Shown here piece after piece: positions 1-6,125 of a stretch of DNA of 10,090 nucleotides. This stretch comes from a bacterium (GTDB taxonomy: Bacteria > SZUA-182 > DTGQ01 > JAFGSM01), in contig JBLIRO010000121.1 of the NCBI GenBank assembly GCA_049472335.1, positions 1 to 10,090 of the forward strand. Reading direction: 5' to 3'. The notes beneath the pieces are model-generated. The model made no database searches and was not told the DNA's origin. It worked only from the letters and a program-made list of their open reading frames with translations. Position 1 is the stretch's first letter, and every line of letters starts with the position of its first letter. A program made the position numbers and the translations under genes.

Positions 1-492
1 ATAAATAGCTCCCTGGTTCAAAGATTCAAAATATCCAGATCCACGGTGCATATAAGTAGATTCATTTTTTGCAGGTCCCGGGTTCATATAATTAAAATTA
101 AGGGCGGATCTCATCCATGGATAATAATAAGAATTATAATGGATAGATGTACTCCGGGGTGTAATATTTTTGCTTTTATAGAATTGCTCATTTATGGGAA
201 AGTAAGACCCGCATGAGGGGCCGGCGAAGGCCTTTGAAGGAAGAAAAAGCTCAAAAGCATCCTGAAATTTATTCGTAAGATCAGTAAAAATTACTTTACT
301 TTTTTTAGTAAAAGACTCAATGCCTGCTTCATTTAAGGATTTAATATTTGAGGGAAAATATCCTGAAGAATTAAAGGGGGCAATAACCCATAGATAAGAT
401 TGCACCATGAAGAAATAAATAATTAGAAAAATTAGAGACTTATAAAATACTGTGGACTTGAAATTCTCAGTATGATTCAAATTTATATTCAC
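1..492 (-). CDS. Hypothetical protein, probably secreted or membrane-anchored; 3' end runs off the window
   Basis: Manual translation: the frame is stop-free from position 1 to 507, with a GTG at 490-492 giving MNINLNHTENFKSTVFYKSLIFLIIYFFMVQSYLWVIAPFNSSGYFPSNIKSLNEAGIESFTKKSKVIFTDLTNKFQDAFELFLPSKAFAGPSCGSYFP...HYNSYYYPWMRS... (164 codons in window). It has an N-terminal hydrophobic stretch and is rich in Tyr, Ser, Asn and Phe. The start codon is uncertain (weak RBS; alternative ATG at 406-408). Not in the ORF track because it has no stop in the window. Confidence 0.7.
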   Translation of the reverse strand, partial: MNINLNHTENFKSTVFYKSLIFLIIYFFMVQSYLWVIAPFNSSGYFPSNIKSLNEAGIESFTKKSKVIFTDLTNKFQDAFELFLPSKAFAGPSCGSYFPINEQFYKSKNITPRSTSIHYNSYYYPWMRSALNFNYMNPGPAKNESTYMHRGSGYFESLNQGAIY

Positions 493-753
493 TTTGGGAT
501 CTCTATGTCATTTATACAAGGCATCTAATACTTTTTTCTTGTCACAAGTATTTTTATAATTTATGTAGAATGTTTTAGAATATGCACCTATGGAAAAACA
601 GTTTTGTATTATTATTCTGTTTTTCAAAAAGTAATCCGTTTTTCTAATAGGGTTTATAGACTTTTGCAATATTAAATATAGATATCTTAAGATGCTTGTT
701 TAAAATGATGGTGCAGGGAAAAGGGTAATGAAAATTAATAAATGAATTATTAA

Positions 754-782
754 CTTATAAACAAAAAGCCAGGGATTGTCAA
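754..782 (-). promoter_or_regulatory. Putative sigma70-type promoter for the left-edge gene
   Basis: Minus strand reads TTGACA (782-777), 17 nt, TATAAG (759-754): perfect -35 and 5/6 -10. Confidence 0.45.
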
Positions 783-880
783 TTTTGTAAAATAGCAATA
801 AAAATTTTTCCCTATTTTGGCAATTTTATATTGACTAATTATGGGAAAAAGGTTATTTGGAATAATAAAAAATCTAAAAC

Positions 881-920
881 AAAAAGCCCTCGGAAGCAGA
901 ATCGCTTTCGAGGGCTTTTT
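881..920. terminator. Rho-independent terminator, bidirectional; most likely ends the minus-strand small-peptide transcript
   Basis: AAAAAGCCCTCGGAAGC-agaatc-GCTTTCGAGGGCTTTTT: 17-nt inverted repeat with one imperfect position, a GC-rich stem and A/T tracts on both sides, about 80 nt downstream of the third small ORF. Confidence 0.85.
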
Positions 921-1001
921 AATTATATATTTGGGTATTTTTTCAATAAAGAGCCGGTTAAAAGCTGTCCTAACCTGACTCTAGGCAAGAAAAGTGGATA
1001 C

Positions 1002-1046
1002 CTACGTAGGTATCTGCCCTGCTTTAATATTGGTATTTTTTTTCAC
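1002..1046 (-). CDS. Small peptide C, MKKNTNIKAGQIPT (14 aa); putative leader/core precursor peptide
   Basis: GTG at 1046-1044 preceded by AAAAAGAGGGGATTTAAAAA (SD-like GAGGGG); TAG at 1004-1002. N-terminus paralogous to peptides A and B. Confidence 0.65.
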   Translation of the reverse strand: MKKNTNIKAGQIPT

Positions 1047-1113
1047 TTTTTAAATCCCCTCTTTTTCAAGCCGGCTGGAGTAATTATTGCCCGCCTTTCA
1101 GAATTTCCTGTTA

Positions 1114-1170
1114 TTAGTAGACTAAATGCCATGAGCCGTCACCGGATTTAACATTGGTTCTGACTTTCAT
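1114..1170 (-). CDS. Small peptide B, MKVRTNVKSGDGSWHLVY (18 aa); putative leader/core precursor peptide
   Basis: ATG at 1170-1168 preceded by the purine-rich AAAGGAAGAAAGTGATTTGA; tandem TAA TAA stops at 1116-1111. Shares the K-x-x-T-N-[IV]-K-[AS]-G N-terminus. Confidence 0.72.
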   Translation of the reverse strand: MKVRTNVKSGDGSWHLVY

Positions 1171-1211
1171 TCAAATCACTTTCTTCCTTTAAGTATAATT
1201 TATATCATTTA

Positions 1212-1274
1212 TCAAGTGTAGTAATAGATAATAGGATAGTACTGTCCTGCCTTAATATTAGTCTTGGTTTTCAC
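1212..1274 (-). CDS. Small peptide A, MKTKTNIKAGQYYPIIYYYT (20 aa); putative leader/core precursor with a Tyr-rich core
   Basis: GTG at 1274-1272 with a strong SD (GAGGTG, 1287-1282) 7 nt upstream; TGA at 1214-1212. Shares the 10-aa N-terminal motif with B and C. Confidence 0.75.
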   Translation of the reverse strand: MKTKTNIKAGQYYPIIYYYT

Positions 1275-1407
1275 CTTAAATCACCTCTTTTTTTGCTTTC
1301 TGATTTAATAGACGTAAAAAAAATATTTTTTCCCCAGGATGAATGGTTTTCGTAGTTAGGTAAACTTGTTTTTCCCGGACTGGTAAGGGAAAGGTGTTTG
1401 TCAATAA

Positions 1408-1776
1408 TCAGGAAGACTGTTTTTTACGGTGGTGAAATGGTTTATTATTCTTAAGCAATTCCTTTTTCATATCAGTGCTTAATTCTGCGCCATCACGATA
1501 CTGGAAAGGCCACATGCTCTTTAAATGGAAAAGGGCTACCCGATCACCATCATTAAGTATCAGGTCCATATCCGGCTGCAGGCCGGGCAATGCTGTGAGT
1601 TTGCCGTTTATAAGGGTAATACCCCGCTGTTCCGAGGGTAATTTAAGATGATTCAACAGATCACACAACCGGCTTCCAACCGGAATTTTCACCTTCAGAT
1701 TCCCATAACTTTCATTTTTCCCTTTACCGCTGTAACGGGCAAGAGGTCCATACAGCCATACATCCAGAGTAACCAT
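1408..1776 (-). CDS. MoaD/ThiS-family (beta-grasp) protein lacking the C-terminal Gly-Gly and carrying a C-terminal extension
   Basis: MVTLDVWLYGPLARY...IPVGSRLCDLLNHLKLP...ITLINGK...LNDGDRVALF follows the MoaD/ThiS pattern. It starts 7 nt after the moaD stop and ends ...FHHRKKQSS rather than GG. Confidence 0.8.
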   Translation of the reverse strand: MVTLDVWLYGPLARYSGKGKNESYGNLKVKIPVGSRLCDLLNHLKLPSEQRGITLINGKLTALPGLQPDMDLILNDGDRVALFHLKSMWPFQYRDGAELSTDMKKELLKNNKPFHHRKKQSS

Positions 1777-1783
1777 AGTGTTT

Positions 1784-2050
1784 TCAGCCGCCTCCGACAG
1801 GTGGAAAGATCCCGATTTGATCTCCGTTCAAGAGTTTATGATCGCGATTCCGGGCTATCCCATTGACAAATATAATAAGTGAGATTTCCTTATCTATCCC
1901 CAGGTGCTTCAGGAGATCAGCTATGGAGCCGTTATCCGGCAATTCCATATTTATAGGGGAGCCGGCCATTAGTCCCTGGGGATACTGATCGAGGAACATA
2001 GGTGAAAGCCTTTTGGCAAGTGTAGCAAATAATTTTAGCTGTATCCTCAA
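1784..2050 (-). CDS. moaD: MoaD/ThiS-family sulfur carrier protein
   Basis: MRIQLKLFATL...IFVNG...LLNGDQIGIFPPVGGG with the canonical C-terminal GG; TTG start with a GGAGA SD; downstream of aor, as is common in AOR loci. Confidence 0.9.
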   Translation of the reverse strand: MRIQLKLFATLAKRLSPMFLDQYPQGLMAGSPINMELPDNGSIADLLKHLGIDKEISLIIFVNGIARNRDHKLLNGDQIGIFPPVGGG

Positions 2051-2118
2051 CAGTTATCTCCAGAGGTATTAATAATAGCCTAAATATAGTCTAAACCAGT
2101 TGTCCTTTATTAATCTAA

Positions 2119-2315
2119 AAGTTATCAAGTGAGCAAGGTAACTTCTCAAAATCCCGGTGGGATCTTGGGAAAAATTGCAAATTGCAAAATGCAAATTTTA
2201 AAATGCAGGATAATGTATTCCTTTAATTTTTATTTTTCATTTTGCAATTTGCAATTTGCATTACCTACTCCAAGACCTTAAAAAGGACCTTTTGTGAAAT
2301 CAGTTCCTATAACTT
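2119..2315. repeat. Long imperfect inverted repeat with a heptamer-repeat core between aor and moaD
   Basis: Perfect 20-bp inverted repeat AAATTGCAAATTGCAAAATG (2172-2191) / CATTTTGCAATTTGCAATTT (2238-2257). Outer matching blocks: TCTTGG (2163-2168)/CCAAGA (2270-2275), TTCTCAAAA (2143-2151)/TTTTGTGAA (2290-2298), AAGTTAT (2119-2125)/ATAACTT (2309-2315). Confidence 0.75.
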
Positions 2316-2337
2316 AGGTATAAGGGAAGAACCTGTT

Positions 2338-4098
2338 TTACATTTTACCATATACGGCATCCAATGTTTCATCCGGGACATCGAAGGTTACATTATGCGG
2401 AGGCAGTTTCTCATATTTCATAAACTCAGGAATACGGTCATGGGCATAGGTAAAACCTGCGGCCTCATTGAAAGCCCGCTCCTTTTTCAGTATTTCCGTC
2501 CCTATTTTACCGATATCATCAAGGGTGTAGCTCATGCCAAGGACCCCGTTTATCTCATCCACAACACCCTGCAAGCCGCTGGCTACATCCAGGACGGCAA
2601 AGGCAATGAACAGGCAATGACCGGTTGAGTCGATGAAGGCCGTGCTCGCCTGAAAATTGCGGCTCAAATCCGCTTTGCCTTCGGCGCTCAGGGGATCAGC
2701 CTTCCCTCCTACAGTTAGTATCTCTGCAGCGATGGTATATCCCGAGGTGTGGTCAGCACCCATGGTAGAAGTTGCATAGGTGACACCAATCCCTTTAACG
2801 GCCCTCGGATCATAAGCCGGCATGCTCTGGCCTTTCACCGTGGGCTTTCTATAAACACCCAGCACTTTCGCTGCCGTTTCCGTCCCGTTTCCTAGGACAC
2901 GTCCCAAGGGCGTTCCCCTGCCAACCTCCTGCAAAAGCTCGATTGCCCTTTTCCCGTCGCCAAATTTCGCAATTCCCGCTTCCATTGCTACGGCAATGGT
3001 CGTCCCCATTTCAATGGTATCGAGTCCATATCCATTGCAAAGCCGCACTAATTTTGAAATATCATCCAGGTTGTCAATCCCGCAGTTGGCGCCTAAGGAC
3101 CAATCCGATTCATACTCGATACATGACACGGCCTCTTTTCCGTCCGGTGTATGCCAGGTATTGGAGCACGCGATTATACAGCCCGGGCTGCAGGGATGAT
3201 TATAAAGCTCTTTGCCTAAACGCTCTTTATTCCCTTCAAAGATGGCCTCCCCTGCAATCTTGGGCGCCCCGTCAAAACGGCCGCTTGAGAAATTTCTGGT
3301 AGGCAGGCCGCCGGCCTCATTCAAAATGTTAATGAGGATAGCTGTACCGTAGGAGTTCAGGCCACCTTTGGGTTTGGTAATATCGTGAGAGCGAAGGGCA
3401 TCTGTTAATTTTTGCCTTCCCTGTTCAAACAGGGCATTATCAGCTATCTCGACACCCGGGGCACCCCGGGAATCAATAATGATGAACTTGAGCCCTTTGC
3501 TTCCCATAACAGCGCCCATTCCACCTCTTCCTGAGTAACGGCTTGGCCGCTTCTTTAAGTCATTATAGACCACCCCTGAATTACCATACATACGTTCACC
3601 CGCAATCCCTATTCCTGCGATATCGATATTTCCGAATTGCTCATAGACCTTAGGGAAAACCTCATAAAGATCTTTGCCTATGTAATCAGACGCATCATGA
3701 AACTCTACTTTTGGTTTACTGTTAACACTATCCCAGGTGATGGAGGCATTCCAGCACTTCCCCTTCTCCTCCGGCTGATTTTCAACAATGAGTGCCTTGA
3801 CCTGCATCTTGGCAAGGGAAGATGCCCACCCGGAGCCGGCATTTGATTCTTTTATGCCATTGGTAAGGGGAGATTTGGCGCCGATTGAGATTCTGGACGC
3901 AGTAGGGGCATTGGTGCCTGTAACCAATCCCGGTGCAAAAACCAGCTTGTTGTCAGGGCCAAGAGGATGGCAAGCAGCTGGGACCTCGTCATATACAATA
4001 GTTGATGTGAGCCCTCTTCCACCAAGATTTCTGTATGATTCAGGAACGTCTTCAAGCCTGTATGTTCTATCCTTCATATTTATTCTTAATATCCACAT
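2338..4098 (-). CDS. aor: Aldehyde:ferredoxin oxidoreductase (W/Mo-bis-pterin, [4Fe-4S]), AOR family
   Basis: 586 aa. AOR hallmarks: LGGRGL, KSPLTNGIKESNAG, GRGGMGAVMGSKGLK, cluster ligands CSPGCIIAC plus the distal DSTGHCLF, EYE, CNGYGLDTIE, GADHT. Strong SD GGAGGTGA at 4110-4103. Confidence 0.96.
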   Translation of the reverse strand: MWILRINMKDRTYRLEDVPESYRNLGGRGLTSTIVYDEVPAACHPLGPDNKLVFAPGLVTGTNAPTASRISIGAKSPLTNGIKESNAGSGWASSLAKMQVKALIVENQPEEKGKCWNASITWDSVNSKPKVEFHDASDYIGKDLYEVFPKVYEQFGNIDIAGIGIAGERMYGNSGVVYNDLKKRPSRYSGRGGMGAVMGSKGLKFIIIDSRGAPGVEIADNALFEQGRQKLTDALRSHDITKPKGGLNSYGTAILINILNEAGGLPTRNFSSGRFDGAPKIAGEAIFEGNKERLGKELYNHPCSPGCIIACSNTWHTPDGKEAVSCIEYESDWSLGANCGIDNLDDISKLVRLCNGYGLDTIEMGTTIAVAMEAGIAKFGDGKRAIELLQEVGRGTPLGRVLGNGTETAAKVLGVYRKPTVKGQSMPAYDPRAVKGIGVTYATSTMGADHTSGYTIAAEILTVGGKADPLSAEGKADLSRNFQASTAFIDSTGHCLFIAFAVLDVASGLQGVVDEINGVLGMSYTLDDIGKIGTEILKKERAFNEAAGFTYAHDRIPEFMKYEKLPPHNVTFDVPDETLDAVYGKM

Positions 4099-4286
4099 AA
4101 ACTCACCTCCATAAAGCCGGGCAAAAATACCCGTTTATTAGGTTAATATGATAGTTGTATGATAGAATTAATATAGTTCAAAAACATTCTTCATTTGTGG
4201 TTTCGCGCGTGCTTAAATGCGGACAGGGGAATTTGTTGAGAATTTTTTAGCAACTTCGATACTGAAAAGATTTCCATTATATTTCT

Positions 4287-4314
4287 ATTATATAATGCCT
4301 TACATTATTGTCAA
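4287..4314 (-). promoter_or_regulatory. Consensus sigma70 promoter driving aor
   Basis: Minus strand TTGACA (4314-4309), 16 nt, TATAAT (4292-4287); implies a leader of roughly 180 nt before the aor start. Confidence 0.7.
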
Positions 4315-4418
4315 TGAGGGTTCAGAATCACTTCAAAGTTAAATGATTTTGATTTGATTTCGAGAATTTAAATAAAGGTGTAAAATATGGATCATAATAT
4401 AATGAGGGTTTTCAGATA

Positions 4419-5165
4419 ATGAAAGAAATAAGGCTTTCAGAGGATGAAAAAAGACGTTATCATCGCCAAACGATCATTCCCGGATGGGGTATGGAGGCGC
4501 AGTTAAAATTAAAGGGCACTAAGATAGGTGTTGTTGGTGCGGGCGGCCTTGGTTCATTTATTCTAATGCACCTGACAGCAGCAGGATTCGGGGAAATAAT
4601 CCTTATCGATAGAGACAAGGTTGAACTAAACAACCTGAATCGTCAAGTCCTCCACTGGGAAAATGATATTGGGACAAACAAATCAGACTCTGCGGAAAGA
4701 AAGCTAAAGGAGATGAATTCGAGTGTAAAAATCATCTCCTATGCTGAAGAGATAAACGATAAAAACATTGACAGGATATTTTCAGAGACAGATGGACTAA
4801 TCGATGCCTTGGACAATTTCCCGGACAGGTTTCTGATTAATGAGTTTGCCGTTCAAAGGTCCATCCCTCTCTTCCATGGAGCCGTATGGGGATTTGAAGG
4901 CCGGGCTGCTACCATAATACCCGGGAAAACGGCATGCCTGCGTTGTCTATACCCTGAGATCCCTTGCCAGGAAACCGTTCCGGTAATAAGCGTGAGCCCC
5001 GGCTTAATAGCCTCGATTCAGGTTACGGAGGCTATCAAATACTTCACCGGTATAGGAGGCGAGACTCTTTCAGGGCAGCTATTAATCTATGATGGCACTT
5101 CATTGTCCTTTCTAAAGGCCCAAATTGAAAGAAAATCCACCTGTGATGTATGCAGTCGGTATTGA
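4419..5165 (+). CDS. moeB: HesA/MoeB/ThiF-family adenylyltransferase (E1-like activator of MoaD)
   Basis: RYHRQ, VVGAGGLGS nucleotide-binding loop, DRDKVELNNLNRQ, DALDN, two Zn-binding CxxC motifs (CLRC, CDVC); divergent from aor-moaD. Confidence 0.9.
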   Translation: MKEIRLSEDEKRRYHRQTIIPGWGMEAQLKLKGTKIGVVGAGGLGSFILMHLTAAGFGEIILIDRDKVELNNLNRQVLHWENDIGTNKSDSAERKLKEMNSSVKIISYAEEINDKNIDRIFSETDGLIDALDNFPDRFLINEFAVQRSIPLFHGAVWGFEGRAATIIPGKTACLRCLYPEIPCQETVPVISVSPGLIASIQVTEAIKYFTGIGGETLSGQLLIYDGTSLSFLKAQIERKSTCDVCSRY

Positions 5166-5275
5166 ATAAAGATAATTTTATAAAAACTATTTAACGGAAA
5201 AAATAATAAAAGAGAAACGGACTATAAGAGAAATTTAACTTAACACTCCAAAAGTAAGACCTTATCTAATCCCCT

Positions 5276-5298
5276 TCTCCTCGGTCATGGAGATTTTT
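5276..5298 (+). terminator. Possible weak terminator after moeB
   Basis: TCTCC-tcggtcat-GGAGA followed by TTTTT; the stem is only 5 bp. Confidence 0.25.
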
Positions 5299-5474
5299 AT
5301 CAATTCCATTTGTTAAATATGTCGATAATACAGATAGATAAAAAGTTTTTAGGCCCCCAGTGAGTTTGCGGACATCTTAAATGCATTAATGCATTTTCAA
5401 AATGCTCAATGTAGGTCACAAAAGATTTTTTAAGATTTATCGAAAAAAGTTATTAAAAAAATACAAATAGGAGC

Positions 5475-6101
5475 TTGAAATTTGTGAGGATTGGAATTCC
5501 TATTGGAAAAAAATCAAAAAGTCTGGTATTTATTCTATTATTGATTCCCACTAGTATTATTATGACTTCAATAATCGCAGTGACAGCAGAAGATCCAAAC
5601 ATCCAATCAAGACCGGATCATTGGGCAAAACCCCTTGAGCTGGATGGGGTCCCTAACTTTTATAAGGTTACGGATACTCTTTATAGAGGAGCGCAACCAA
5701 CGGCTGAAGGTATGCTCAAGCTCAAAAAAATGGGAATCAAGACGGTTGTTAATCTTCGCTCTTTACATTCCGACAGAGACGAAATCGGCGATATCGATCT
5801 AGCATATGAACACATCCCCATGATATGGCACCCCAATGAAGAAGATGTGGTCCGGTTTCTGCAGATCGTCACGGATACAAATCATGCTCCGGTATTTGTC
5901 CATTGTATGCAGGGGGCGGATCGAACCGGTGTCATGTGTGCCATATATCGGGTAGTGGCTTGTAGCTGGACAAAAGAGGAAGCCATCTCGGAAATGACTT
6001 CGGGCGGTTTTGGTTACCATAGAATCTGGACGAATCTGATAAGGTTCATCGAGAACCTCGATATTTCCGAAATAAAAAAGAAGGTAAAAACTAAGGATTA
6101 A
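5475..6101 (+). CDS. Cys-based tyrosine/dual-specificity phosphatase (Siw14/PFA-DSP-like) with a probable signal peptide
   Basis: P-loop VFVHCMQGADRTG (HCxxGxxR), NFYKV..LYRGAQP, GIKTVVNLR, WTKEEAISEM. The basic plus hydrophobic N-terminus ends AVTA-E. The real start may be the GTG at 5484, 10 nt after AGGAG (5469-5473), since the TTG at 5475 is only 1 nt from it. Confidence 0.88.
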   Translation: MKFVRIGIPIGKKSKSLVFILLLIPTSIIMTSIIAVTAEDPNIQSRPDHWAKPLELDGVPNFYKVTDTLYRGAQPTAEGMLKLKKMGIKTVVNLRSLHSDRDEIGDIDLAYEHIPMIWHPNEEDVVRFLQIVTDTNHAPVFVHCMQGADRTGVMCAIYRVVACSWTKEEAISEMTSGGFGYHRIWTNLIRFIENLDISEIKKKVKTKD

Positions 6102-6125
6102 GAAAAATTCAAGGGCAGAAAAGAT

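Noticed and set aside
923..946. Possible fourth, degenerate peptide copy (TTG AAA AAA TAC CCA AAT ATA TAA = MKKYPNI)
   Set aside because: No RBS, lacks the KAG motif, and the similarity is explainable by AT richness.
831..1151. 106-aa plus-strand ORF from the track
   Set aside because: Runs through the terminator hairpin and antisense to peptides B and C, with no RBS and no recognisable protein features; likely a shadow ORF.
2172..2260. CRISPR array or transposase-bearing IS
   Set aside because: Only short heptamer repeats in inverted orientation; no repeat-spacer periodicity and no transposase or cas ORF.
1648..4114. Track ORFs 1648-1866, 2242-2628, 2943-3302, 2996-3199, 3637-3846, 3788-4114 (+) and 3852-4055 (-)
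   Set aside because: Antisense or out-of-frame overlaps of the well-supported aor and moaD genes, with no motifs.
4233..4253. Rex-like operator TTGTTGAGAATTTTTTAGCAA
   Set aside because: Spacing and symmetry do not fit the 18-bp TTGTGAA-n4-TTCACAA consensus.
4111..4285. Moco/Wco riboswitch in the long aor leader
   Set aside because: Plausible by context, but the leader is AT-rich and I see only a small hairpin near the SD (CGGGTA-tttt-TGCCCG), not the multi-stem motif. An Infernal scan with Rfam Moco models would decide.
4419..5165. MoeB/ThiF protein as a dedicated RiPP maturase (MccB/PaaA type)
   Set aside because: It has no N-terminal RRE-like extension and has a cognate GG-ending MoaD nearby, so cofactor sulfur-carrier activation is the simpler explanation.
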